From Octopus sinensis (taxonomy: Eukaryota), in NCBI RefSeq assembly GCF_006345805.1, contig NC_043000.1, forward strand, positions 112,592,001 to 112,656,000: 64,000 nucleotides of DNA, written 5' to 3'. Under the pieces are notes generated by a model that saw only the letters and a program-made list of their open reading frames with translations, was not told the origin of the DNA and ran no database searches. Position numbers and translations under genes: made by a program. How positions within the stretch are numbered: position 1 is the stretch's first letter; each line of letters opens with the position of its first letter. This document shows positions 12,254-24,760 of this stretch, piece by piece.

Positions 12254-12435
12254 CTGTGTTTGTCGTCTCCACCACTGCTTGCAACTGGCGATGGTGTTTT
12301 ACGTCCCCGTAACTTAGCTGTTCGGCAAAAGGGAACCGATAGAATAAGAACCAGACTGAGGTCGATTCGTTCGATTAAATACTCTTCATGGCGATGCTCC
12401 AGCATGACCGCTATCCAATGGCTGATATGAAAGGT
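11986..12435 (+). mobile_element. SINE family B, full length
   Basis: Head, CORE-like ggcaccttgggcaagtgtctt, TA/TATG/TG tract, tail with decayed gcgatgctccagcatgaccgc. Confidence 0.9.
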
Positions 12436-12900
12436 ACGCATGTTTTGTTAAAGGAGCTGACCTATAATCAAAGATCGTCCAACCGTGACTATCTCGCCTT
12501 TTTTCTATCCGCAAGGACCCAGGGCCACACTGTTTACTATGTCTCTTCCTCAAACGTTGAGATGGGATTTGGAGGTGATACGGCTGCTATTTCTAGCGGG
12601 TTGAGCGACCACGTAAAAGTTCTTGGACGGGAGATGCTGATAATGTTTATAATAATGGTGACGTCAGTGAAGGTGATTATGGCGTCGTTGCTGCTGATGC
12701 TGGTTGTGGTGGAGATGATGGTGATGATGCTTGTGAGATGTGATGGTGTTGCTGTGTTTAATGAAACTGCTGGCCATGGCACAGTTAGAAGCCAATGGCT
12801 GAAGCTGATTGGTCAGCATTGAGTGGACACGTCTTAGTCTGTGGACTACGCCTTATGGGAACGGAAGACGACGACGATGAAGGGAAGGCGGTGGTCGTGG

Positions 12901-12933
<33 letters not shown>

Positions 12934-13009
12934 CGGTTTTGGAGGAGACGATGGTATTTGTAAGGGTTTTGACAGGGTGATGAATGTGTTGTTGATAACG
13001 ATGCTATAA

Positions 13010-13085
13010 TGCTGACGATGACGATGATGATGATGATGATGACGATGATGATGATGATGATGCTGACGATGATGATGATGCTGAC

Positions 13086-13125
<40 letters not shown>

Positions 13126-13330
13126 CTGACGATGATGATGATGATGATGATGATGACGACGACGACGACGACGACGATGATGATGATGCTGACGATGATG
13201 ATGATGAATATGTTGTTGGTAACGATGCTGACACTGACAATGATGATGAAGCTGACGATGACGATGATGCTGATGCTGATGCTGACGCTGACGATGATAA
13301 TGGTAGTAGTGGTGGTGGTGGTGGTGGTGG
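13010..13330. repeat. (GAT)n/(GAC)n/(GGT)n trinucleotide tract
   Basis: Direct reading; source of the poly-Met and poly-Ser ORFs. Confidence 0.95.
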
Positions 13331-13395
13331 TGGAATTAAGATAAGCGCAGTTGTTGTTGATGGGGTTTATGATAATGAAATGTTAACCATTTCAT

Positions 13396-13600
13396 TGGTT
13401 TAAAATTTTGACACAACGCCAGTAATGTCGAAGAGGGGGCGTGTAAGTCAATTACATACTTATTTTATCGAACCCCGCCCCCCGAGGGGTTGAAAGGCAA
13501 AGTAGTCCACGGTGGAATTTGAACTCAGAACGTAACGACGAACGAAATGCCGCTAAGCATTTAATCCGGCGTGCTAACGACTCAGCCAGCTGACCGCCCC
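13396..13600 (-). mobile_element. SINE family A, type-3 tail, decayed
   Basis: ggaatttgaactcagaacgtaacg..ggcgtgctaacg. Confidence 0.85.
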
Positions 13601-13642
13601 AATAATATTAACTAATTTTAATTATTAGAAAATATTGTCTTT

Positions 13643-13680
13643 TTTCTCTGATGAAGGACAAAACTCCGAAGCGTCAATAT
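13643..13680 (+). ncRNA. Decayed minimal hammerhead ribozyme motif
   Basis: CTGATGAA (13648-55), stem GGA/TCC, GAAGC instead of GAAAC, then GTC; stem I poor. Confidence 0.5.
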
Positions 13681-14497
13681 TCTCTAGTTTTTCCTTAAGG
13701 TAAAACTAATTTATTCGCTGTGTGAACAGGTTTTTTTTACTTCACTGTTTATTGCCCTCATTAGTTTCCTCTACTGATTCACTAAACCAGCCACGTGACA
13801 CCATCGTAACACTTAGCCATGTTGAGTCAGCCAGCCTCAAAGAGCCGTATTCCTTACCCCATCCACTCAACGCATCGTTTCACCTTCGGGTCAGAAATTT
13901 GAACCCAGAAACAAGAGATAACCAAGACTGTGAATATATTGCTCGCTCTCTCTGTCTTTCTTTTTGTTTCAATCGGTATTTCTCTCTCTCTTTCCCTCTC
14001 ACACACAAACAAATGTGCGCTCTCTCGCACAAATTTGTTCTCTCTCCCTCTCAAATACACATGTACACGCATGTCCTGCCACTCATTTTATCTCTCACTC
14101 ATTCTCTCTCGTTCACTCGTTCCCTCTGTGACTCAGTCTTATTCTGTCCCTCTCACCACATATCTCTCTCCATATCTCCATCTCTCTCTCTCACGCACAC
14201 ACGCACACACACACTCTCTCTCTCATATTCTCTCGTTTTCCATCCTTCTTACACCCACATCTCTCTAAAAGCTGTCTCAGTTTTAAACATTCTCTTCATC
14301 GTTTCTTCTTTCTATCACTCCTTTCTTTCTTTCTTTCTTTCTTTCTTTCATTCTTTCTTTCTTTCATTTTTTCTTTCGTTCTTTCTTTCTTCTCAACTTG
14401 ACATTTTTATATGTTTGCCTTAGTCATCGTTTTTCTTTTATTTTCTTCTTTTCTCATGTGCCTCTACTATTTTCCCTTTAAATTATTATTGCTATCG

Positions 14498-14528
<31 letters not shown>

Positions 14529-15019
14529 TATCAGTATGTCATTGATGTAGTTGTCGCCAAAGATGTCTTGTCTTTCCGTCTGCATATTTTATGGCGATTA
14601 CCGCTGAGAATGAAGACGTTGGGGTTATTCCGTTCGAACTGGGTGTGACATAGGAAAGTCGTGCATATTTTATGTAATATAGATGAGAGTGTCGAAACTG
14701 CCGCGTAGTTAAACGGGACCACTCTGACTATGCAGTTGAAGATTGGCCGCAAGAACTGAGAGAAGGTACTTATCCTCAGTATGTCAAGGTAATATAGCTC
14801 GAGTTCCCGGGGGGTAGGGTTCTTTCTTGTTCTTATATTGGTGTTCTATATTGTTATTTTAAAAAAATTATTATTTCTGTATCTTTGTTGTCAAGTATAA
14901 ATCACACGTTTTAGTTGACTGAAACATCTCACGATATGTTGTTGACATTTTGTATTTAGTCTTTACACTCTCTCCAATGTCATGGGCCCTTCAGGTCAAC
15001 AAATTTTACTATTATCATC

Positions 15020-15026
15020 ATCATTA

Positions 15027-15105
<79 letters not shown>

Positions 15106-15150
15106 GGTGGTGGTGGTGGTGGTGGTGGTGGTGGTGGTGGTGGTGGTGGT
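15020..15150. repeat. (ATT)n-(AGT)n-(GGT)n graded trinucleotide tract
   Basis: Direct reading. Confidence 0.95.
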
Positions 15151-15738
15151 AATGGTGGCGGTGACTGCATCCAGTTCTTTTCAGAAGGAACGATGACAAG
15201 TAGAACATATTAAGTTTCAAGAATACTGCAGAATGACGTCGTCAAGATTCACTGTTTACGATTTTGGTTCTAATGGTTGCTGTTGTTGTTGTTGCTGCAT
15301 TTGTGTGTGTATGTATGTGTGTCTTGGTGGTAGGAGATAGAAACATGTAGAGAGCGATAGACAGATAGATAAATAAATAGATAGATTGATAGAGAGAGAG
15401 AGAGAGAGAGAGAGGGGTGGTGGTGGTGGAGGAGGAAGGAAGCTAAATGGCTGTATGATTCACTGAAATGTAAGACATATTTTTTAAGGAGAATTTAAAT
15501 AAAAAAGAATTAGTAAATTGAGAGCGGAAATATACAGACAGATAAACTGATTGACAGACAGAAGGATAGACATTTATAGACATATATGAAAGGTATGTAT
15601 GTACAGACACGCGTACACACACACACACATATATATAGAGAAAAAGACAGACGTATATAGAAACAAGGAGAGATAGACAATTAGAGACGGAGTTAAGTGT
15701 ATGAGTCAACTGAAGTATGTGTATGTATGCATATATGT

Positions 15739-15739
<1 letters not shown>

Positions 15740-15833
<94 letters not shown>

Positions 15834-15860
15834 GTCTATCTATCTATCTATCTATCTATC
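15740..15860. repeat. (CTAT)n microsatellite
   Basis: Direct reading. Confidence 0.95.
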
Positions 15861-16554
15861 TAACAAATGATAGAAACGGAAAATGGAGTATACAAGCTAC
15901 TTTATGGCTCACAACGATCGTTTCGACCCATCTTGCATCGATCCCTTGTGTTTGGGATCCTGTTCAACTGGTCATGGTGTATCCCTCGGCGCAGAAGCGT
16001 CTTATTTAGTGATTTTACAAGGGGTACCTCGTAAAATAAACCATATTTGGCTCGGTTTTATTACAACATGTTGATAGTCATCGTATGTTTCAGCTTTGGG
16101 CTGAAACCTATATAGTATGTATATATATAGTTAAAATTTACAGAAAAACAAAAGACGAAGACAGGTGTATAAACAACAAGTAGGGGTTTCCCGTCCATAA
16201 AGGGTTTACCTTTATGGCATATCGTTAGGCCCCAAATCCTGTTGGCCTAAGATCTCTTTAAAATATGGAGGGGAAAAACCTCGATACAAATGTAAACAAG
16301 GAGATTATCTCCCTTTGCCAACGGCTATCGTCTATCGACATCCGGCAGCGCCGCCATCATTCATACTATATATATATGGTATTTTCATAAACAGGGATAA
16401 TTTAACTGTTTCTCTGTAGATTGAAGAAATGATAAACGATTTTAATCGACATTATTTACATGTGACGGATATTTGTCCTCATCTTGTTTGTTGTTAACAC
16501 AACCTTTCGGCTACTAACCCCAAGATTCCGAGTTCGATTCCAGGCAGTGACCTA

Positions 16555-16596
<42 letters not shown>

Positions 16597-16600
16597 AATG

Positions 16601-16686
<86 letters not shown>

Positions 16687-16687
<1 letters not shown>

Positions 16688-17170
16688 TACATTGTTTTGT
16701 CTTGGGATAAAAGATGGGCTACAGCAAATATTCTGCTCAATACCACAGATTTGCTTGTCAGTTGTTTGACCTTAACCAGTTGAGCATGTCCCTCAGTGGC
16801 TGACGATATGTGCATCTCTGATCACGAGCAGAAGTAGTGGGGGAGCATCATAGCCATGTGTTGAGAGGGATTCTTTGGGGTTTGAATAGTTCACCTCTGG
16901 AAACATGGGTGGTTCTTTCAACATCCTTAAACAACCCTTATTCAGGGACCGTTTGAGCGGGATTGGCTACTCAACTTGAAGAAAATTCCAACTGGGCCCC
17001 ACCTGCAAGGTCATGTGCTGTTTATCTTGATATGAGATCACCATGTCGCGCACATGTTGTGATGCATGTGCCTGGTGTACCTTTATCAGACGGGTAGTCA
17101 TGATGGGTATATTGGGCTTCGTATATTTTACCCCAGTGTCACTTTGATGGCATGAACTGCTCTCTCACTC
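16687..17170 (+). mobile_element. Unclassified interspersed repeat between two (AAT)n tracts (SINE body or nested insertion)
   Basis: Absent from the second copy at 63011-63316; bounded by (AAT)n on both sides; recalled as a common octopus repeat (not verified). Confidence 0.5.
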
Positions 17171-17208
<38 letters not shown>

Positions 17209-17240
17209 GGAATAAGAACCCAGGTTCGAAATTTCCCCAA

Positions 17241-17286
17241 GGCACCTGATGAAGGCTGAAGGGTATATCAGCCGAAACGTTGTGTT
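17241..17286 (+). ncRNA. Minimal type I hammerhead ribozyme
   Basis: Stem I ggcac/gtgtt, CTGATGAA 17246-53, stem II GGCTGA/TCAGCC, GAAAC 17274-78, GTT 17279-81, palindromic ACGT. Confidence 0.8.
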
Positions 17287-17924
17287 AACAACAAACAAGA
17301 TGAGGAAAATATCCATCAAATGTAAATAATGTAAATAATGTGCATAATTTTTCATCTCTTAAATATAGAACTGAATTTTAATCGATTTTCGAATCTCGTC
17401 AGAGGCGTCTTCATCAATTTGCCCAAATTCTTGGAGAAACAAGCAGCCGATCTGTTTACATACTTAACAGTTACAGAAGCGACAGAAAACTGGTGCTACC
17501 AGTTTGCGCATCGTAATTGCTAAGGCTTTATCTAATATCAGGGACCTGTCAACATGGGTGTATTTATGTGAGTAGGGCGGTGAGTTTGTAGTACACCCCG
17601 TGAAGCATTTACAAACTGTTTTTTTTTTGTTTCTTTGTTCCACACTGGGTTTGAGAAGATGAATCTGTGGTGGAATCCTTTGAATGAGAAAATGGTTTGG
17701 TAATGCAAACAAGAAAAACAGAACTTCTTGATATTTATCAGAAGCAGCTGAGTGACTCAAAAGCCGAGAGTTTGGTGCGTTAGCACTTACCGAGAGATTG
17801 AGAGATAGCGACAACACAGTGCCTTTCAACAACGCTTTGACATAACCCCAACACAGAGATTCACACACACACACATATACACACTCTCTTTCACACACAC
17901 ACATACACACACACACACACACAC

Positions 17925-17967
<43 letters not shown>

Positions 17968-18083
17968 ACACAAACATCACGCACGCACACATCAAAGAAA
18001 CAATCTTGTAGGTACCACATCTTCTCAATGCATCAAGAACACAAGAAACATTGAAAGCATTATGCAAAGTAGGCCATGTGATG

Positions 18084-18250
18084 TATGTGTGACGTGGTTG
18101 TGTGGTAGGAGAACTGTTTCCCAACTACATGGCTCCTGGTTCGGTCCCACTGCGTAGCACCTTCGGAGAATGTTTTCAAATATAACTTAGGGCCGACCAA
18201 AGCCTTGTGAGTGGATTTGGTAAACAGGAACTGAAAGAAACCCGTCACGT
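18084..18250 (+). mobile_element. SINE family B, 5' half
   Basis: Head through gaaagaaacccgtc, then CATA/TA tract. Confidence 0.85.
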
Positions 18251-18337
18251 ATATACATATACACACATACATACATACATACACATACATACATACATAC
18301 ATCATACATACATACATACATACATACATACATACAT

Positions 18338-18369
<32 letters not shown>

Positions 18370-18379
<10 letters not shown>

Positions 18380-18486
18380 ATCACGTGACCGACCAGACCA
18401 TCAGATGTTGTTACACATCGCTGGTCACAATGCGTTCGCATTGTTTTAGTCTTCGAATGACGCCACCCGCTTGCTAAGCGAGTAGG

Positions 18487-18490
<4 letters not shown>
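18370..18490. repeat. Unclassified interspersed repeat starting with tandem TCACGTGA
   Basis: tcacgtgatcacgtgaccgaccagaccatcagatg..; recalled as an octopus repeat, single copy in this window. Confidence 0.35.
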
Positions 18491-18534
<44 letters not shown>

Positions 18535-19402
18535 ATATACATACATACATGTATTGTTGGATGTACATTCGGCAGATGTAGAGGTGGGCACGTGCCATTG
18601 TGTTAGCGTTCACGCAACGATTTCTTTGTAAGGGTATCTGTTCCCTAATGTTATTTAGGGGTCGACTTGCTTGTACGTACGAGAGTGAAAGATGTTTAGA
18701 AATATAAAGAAGGTTGAAGAAAAAGAAGGAAGAGGAGGAGGTGGAGGAGGAGAAAGAGAAGAAGAAGAAGAAGAGTAAAAGCAGATGAGTTCTTAAAAGC
18801 AGGGAAAAGAGAGGGGTCCCTATTACAAGCTCCCTGCTCCCATATCCTTGAAGTTGCCCCACCCTCTGCCCCTACCTTAGTTATTCTTACGTAAGAAACA
18901 ATTACTATTTTTATCTCTCCAGTTCTAACGTCCTTTGTTATATGCATGCATTGGTAGATGCATACACACACACACATAATACCACACACACACATACACA
19001 CACGTACGCACACACACATACACTCATACACATACATACCACACGCGCACAGATACACACGCATGCATACACATACGCACACACACATACATACTCATAC
19101 ATGCACACACATACGCACACGTGCATATACACACACACATACATACATACATACATACATACATACATACATACAAAGGTATAAATACATTTAGGTAAAT
19201 GCACACATGCATACTCTCTTTCTCACACACATACATGCATGCACACATGCATACAAACATACATACATACATACATACATACATACATACGTACATATAT
19301 ACATACAAAGATATAAATATATACGTACATGCACACACACATACGCATGTAACTATATACTTTGTATGTTTACACGCATATGCACACATGTTTGTGGGTC
19401 TG

Positions 19403-19446
<44 letters not shown>

Positions 19447-19779
19447 GTGTATATACACATGTGTGTGTGTGTGTGTGCGTGTGCAAGTGATAATTCAGTG
19501 AGTCATAGGTGCAAGTCTCTATGTCTATATATGCAGTAACCAGGAATACAATCCCGTCTCTAAAGATTGCACCAAATCCTTTGCTTTAGATTCCTGGTTT
19601 CCCCATACACCTTCCTTACGCACCCTCCCCACACACTCCACACACACACCACCTCCTACCACACACACACACACACACACACACGTACCTCACACCATGA
19701 ACATATCCTCTATAGATGTATATTGAGCGCTTTGGCCTTTCTTAGAAGAAAAAAAAAACTGCACTCACAGAAACATTCT

Positions 19780-20232
19780 GTGTATTCTTTTATTTGTTTC
19801 AGTCATTTGACTGCGGCCATGCTGGAGCACCGCCTTCAGTCGAACAAATCGACCCCAGGACTTATTCTTTGTAAGCCTAGTACTTATTCTATCGGTTGTC
19901 TTTTGTCGAACCGCTAAGTTACGGGGACGTAAACACCTGAACGTCGGTTGTCAAGCGATGGTGGTGGTGGTGGTGATGGTGGGCAAACACAGAAAACGCA
20001 AATACACAGACAGACAGACACACACACACACACGCACACACACACGCACACACACACACGCACACACACACGCACACATATATATGATGGGCTTCTTTTA
20101 GTTTCCGTCTACCAAATCAACTGACGAGGCTTTAGTCGGCCCGAGGCTATAGTAGAAGACACTTGTCAAAGGTGCCACGCAGTGCAGTGGGACTGAATCC
20201 GGAACCATGTGGTTGGGAAGCAAGCTTGTTAC
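19780..20232 (-). mobile_element. SINE family B, full length
   Basis: Tail, internal CA tract, CORE-like core and head all present. Confidence 0.95.
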
Positions 20233-20283
20233 CACACATCCCCTCCTGCGCCTATACACACATATATATATATGTGTTTGTGT

Positions 20284-20322
<39 letters not shown>

Positions 20323-20689
20323 GTGTGTGTGTGTGTATTAATGAATGAATGACCAACGAACAGGAGCCACGCACTCAACTTCATTAACTTATAACTGTTT
20401 CTGCTATGAGAGGTTGTACACCCAGAGCATAGTACTATGGCTTCATCAGAGGTATTAATGCATATGTGTGTGTGTATTTGTGTGTGTGTGTGCGTGTGTG
20501 TGCGTGTGCGTGTGTGTGTGTGATGGACTGTGGTCGATGTTCACGCTTGTCAAATCTGGACATCGCTGCATGACAACGGACGATCACCAACACCGGCAAC
20601 ACTGTTACAACATTCCTCTCCTCCTCCTCCTCGTCCTCGTCCCCCTCTTCCTCCTCCTCATCCTCGTTGTCCCCCCCCCACCTTTATTT

Positions 20690-21135
20690 TGGTGCCTGAG
20701 CCATTTGAAGCAGATCGTGTGAATGAAGAGCCTTGAAGAATGGACAAAGAAGACTTTGAGGAACCTGATGCAACCAGGGTCGGGAGACACTGACTAATAG
20801 AGGGGCTGATAAATTCTGGGAACGTTTTGTTGCGTCGATTTCATCAGTAGGAGCTGCAAAAGTGACGAATACAAACCCTGCTTCGTTGTCAAGGCAACGC
20901 ATTTGCTCACGTATCATTCCTTATCCATGAATTTTTTTGCCAAAACATGAGACGACTGTCTTACCCCAACCCGCACACATTCTCCAGATTTCTGCGAACG
21001 TTTCTTTTATTGGTTAGAAGGTCTTTGATCTGAAATCTCTTCGATTACCATTTGACCCGAGTTTAAACAGTATCATCCACACAACGCCCTAACCCAACCA
21101 ACTCGCCAAAACACTATCCCCTAAAATGCCTTAAA
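20690..21135 (+). pseudogene. Possible heavily decayed transposon coding remnant (P2X7-ballast/KolX-like)
   Basis: By-eye translation across frameshifts gives PEPFEA..TRVG[D]TD*..FCC..KPC..RFFYWLEG; many stops. Confidence 0.25.
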
Positions 21136-21571
21136 AGTCTCGTTACCCTGGAAACCTTCGTTATGGATTAGTTGGCACTGAATTAAATATTTAGGGTTGT
21201 ATAGCTTTTAGGGACCTTTGTTAGGGGTTTCCTGATTGTTGTAGGACTTTCTTTTTTTCTTTTTTCTTTCTTTCTCTCTTTCTTTCTTTCTTTCAATCTT
21301 TCTTTCTTTCATTCTTTCTTTCTTTTTCTTTCTTTCGTTCTCCTTCCTTTCCTGTCTCTCTTTCTCTCTTCTCGGCGGTAGGAATTAATCTGATGGTATG
21401 ATCGGGTAACCTACCCGTGGCCACGCCTAAAATAGCATCATAGTGCTTTTTATCCTTCACCATCACGCCACCATTCCAGTTTCCACCGCCACCACTCACC
21501 GCTCACCACACCAGTATCATCCAGAAAACATTTCCTCCACCCCGCCCGTCGCCACCAACACTAACCGACAT

Positions 21572-21634
<63 letters not shown>

Positions 21635-22348
21635 ATACTACAGCGACAATTATTACCATTAACACCACATTACCACCTTCATGTTTTAACCACAACTTGC
21701 ACACCATTACCACCACCACTGACCCACCACCACCGACCCCCAAACCCACCGACCCCACCACCACCACCAATAACAACGGGCTCAATACATCCAACTATCT
21801 GTATCACCACCTCCAGCACCACCACCAGCACCACCACCAGCACCACCACCAGCACCACTACCAGCACCACCACCAGCACCACCAACCCCACCTCCAATAC
21901 TACCATCATTATTACTACTACCACTACAACCACACTTACATCATCTCTCCCCCACCACCATTTCCCTAACCTTCCCCTCCACCTTTTCTAAGAGATAAAT
22001 ATTATTAATCGGTTTATATGAGGACGATGATGCATATGTAATAGAATGTGTTAACTCCCTTGCGATAAGAGATCTCCTTTCTCGCCCCTTAATCTTCCCT
22101 CACCGAGACACGAACCCTCTGTCTCTCAGTCAGTAGAGTCACACCCAATCACCCACTCTCTTCGCTGACAAACAAAGAATCTCGGCATGGTCGTAAAACA
22201 TGCCAGAAACAGCAACCAATTCTCATTCGAACCACACCTCGCCACACACACACACAAGAAAATAAATAAATGCCAAAACACAAAATACATTATATTATGT
22301 AATCTTAGCTCCCTAAAATTTCGTTTATTGCTGCGATTGCCTTCCATA

Positions 22349-22508
22349 GGCATGGCTGTGTGGTTAAGAAGTTTGCTTCCCAGCCACAAGGTTCCAGGTT
22401 CAGTCCCACTAGGTAGTACCTTGGGTAAGTGTCTGTTTTTTATATCCTCAGGCCGATCAAAGCCTTATGAGTGGATTTAGTAAACAGAAACTGAAAGAAG
22501 CCCGTCAT
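22349..22508 (+). mobile_element. SINE family B, 5' half
   Basis: ggcatggctgtgtggttaagaag..gaaagaagcccgtc. Confidence 0.9.
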
Positions 22509-22585
22509 ATACATATATGTGTGTGTGTATATATATGAGAGGCTCCTTTCAGTATGTGAGTGTATGTATACATATTATACATACA

Positions 22586-22653
<68 letters not shown>

Positions 22654-22684
22654 ATATATATAATATATACAGCTGGAGGAGGTT

Positions 22685-22750
22685 CTCCTGCGGCTACAAA
22701 CTACAGTAGCATCCACCCTTAGGGGTTAGCCATATTCAAATGGCAAATAT
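22685..22750. repeat. Short interspersed repeat; inverted copy at 33916-33975
   Basis: gctacaaactacagtagcatccacccttaggggttagccatattcaaatggcaaa vs its reverse complement at 33.9 kb. Confidence 0.85.
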
Positions 22751-22756
22751 GCGTCA

Positions 22757-22804
<48 letters not shown>

Positions 22805-23419
22805 ATTGATTTTGATTTTCCAGTTTCAGCTAATGAGCTGTGGCCATGCTGGGGCACATGTATATATATATACATAAATGTATATATATACATACACACA
22901 CATATTTTAATACGATCGAAACACGTATCGGACAATTATGAATAAACCAAGCGGAAAGTCTGGAAGTTCAAGTTTTTCGTTTTCGTTATTATCAGTATTG
23001 TGATTTTACACTCTAAGTAGCCAGGAAATAAACCGTAACATCGGATGCTAGCTTTTAGGAAATACACCTCAAAACAGACCGTCGGAAGAAACCAAGAAAC
23101 CGGTCTCACTATTACAGAATGGCCTGGTGGGTCAAAAGTGTGTGTGTGTGGGGGGGGGGGGTTGAGCTGGTGACCATGTCTGCTCGTGAATCGTCCGTCC
23201 GCAATTCAGGGTATCGCCGTCCGTAACACAGAAGAGAGAAAAATGAACAAATACAGGTGCCAAATCGGCCGCTGTCAGTTTGTGCTTGAGTCATCACAAT
23301 CTCAGGTGTCCTCGGACCTTGCACTGCAAATGTCCGCCGCAAAATCGGGATAACTGCGATCCGTCTGAGAAATGAGCCCCGCGAGGTGAGGTGGCTGTTG
23401 CATCGAAGGGCGTTGGCTG

Positions 23420-23821
23420 TACTCCATTCTTTTATTTTTTATTCTTTTATTTGTTTCAGACAGCGGCCATGCTGGAGCACTGCCTTCAGTCGAGCAAATC
23501 GACCCCAAGACTTATTCTTTATAAGCCTCGTACTTATTCTATCCGTCAATTTTGTCGAACCGCTAAGTTACAGGGACGTGAACACACTAGCATCAGTTGT
23601 CAAGTGATAGTGGGTGGGGGTACACACATACACACACACGCGCACATTTGTATATATATATACGACGGACTTCTTTCTGTTTCCGTCTACCAAATCCACT
23701 CACAAGGCATTGGTCGGCCCGAGGCTATAATAGAAGACACTTGCCCAAGGTGCCACGCAGTGCAGTGGGACTGAACCCGGAACCATGTGGCTGGTAAGCA
23801 AGCTACTTACTACACAGCCAA
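23420..23821 (-). mobile_element. SINE family B, full length
   Basis: As 19780-20232. Confidence 0.95.
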
Positions 23822-24760
23822 TCCTACAACTCCATGGCAACGATTTGCAATTGCGTTCGCGAGGTGCAGCTAAATACACTATTTGGTCTGAGATGTACAA
23901 CCTGTTCCTCCTCCTCCTCATCCTCCGCCCCCTCCCATCTTCTGATGCTTAATTCCCCGCCTCCTCTTTTATTTGGCTGCTTTGTTTCCTTGGTGAGGCA
24001 GTTATGGTTTTATTCTTTCTCGATAACTTGATCTTTTATATTTCTGCTGTTTCCTTGTCTTTCTTTCTTTCCTGTAAAAAAAAAAAAAAATATGTAGTTG
24101 GCTGTCTTTTTAAGATATGTGTGCGTGCGCATTCGCGAGTGTGATCTGTGTGTGTGTGTGTGCGTGGGAAAGAGAGAGAGAGGGGGGAGATGGGGGGAGA
24201 TTGAGACCGACCGTGGCCTTCACTCCACCGTCGAGATCGAATTTCTCAATAAACCAAACCGCTCATGGTTCTTTGACGTTACAGACACATTTCTTCATTA
24301 TTGACCTCTAAACATCTCCATGGCTAACTACCATCACAATCATCGTCATTATCATCATCATCGTCATCATCATCATCATCATCGTCATCGTCATCAGTAT
24401 CAACGTAAACTTCACTAACAACCTCCCCACTTCAGCAACCTTCCTTCCCCACCACCATCAGCAATATCACCAGTTCCATTCACCACTTCCACAACCAACA
24501 CCACTTCAACCACCAGCATTATAATCAACACCCCTCCAACCATCGCCGCCACCACCACTACATCCACCACCACCACTACTTCTACAAGTACCATACACAT
24601 CTTCAGTAATCATGTCCACCACCACCACCCACCACTAAATCCCCCCACCCCACTACATCTACCACCACCACCACCACCACCACCACCACCACACAATTCT
24701 ATCTCCACTGAATGTCAAGAGGTCCGTTGAGAGACATATTCTACTGGACAATTCTAATGA

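Larger units (their letters stand above)
16450..17374 (+). mobile_element. tRNA-headed SINE-like element with hammerhead-bearing PLE-like tail and 5' inverted segment
   Basis: 5'-truncated head with B box (16509-16545), (AAT)n, internal segment, (AAT)n, hammerhead tail; 16450-16511 is the reverse complement of 17270-17332; attttaatcga flanks both ends. Confidence 0.8.

Noticed and set aside
12760-12860. CCAAT-rich promoter-like patch (also 4430-4530)
   Set aside because: Short motifs only, with no adjacent exon or CpG-rich start region.
14690-14790. CRNCRVVKRD resembles ribosomal protein bL36, with a possible donor aag|gtaata nearby
   Set aside because: Similarity ends after 10 residues, there is an in-frame stop just upstream, and no good acceptor site.
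15905-15945. GAAACGATCGT half-motifs (also ~61035 and ~61750)
   Set aside because: The palindromic 3' half is present but no CUGANGA; too decayed to call.
17376-17420. Minus-strand CTGACGA..GAAA hammerhead-like string next to the TSD
   Set aside because: Stem II is almost absent, and there is no stem I or valid cleavage context.
23200-23420. Possible LINE C-terminus (SQLSRFCGGHL) on the minus strand
   Set aside because: One weak motif with no supporting residues.
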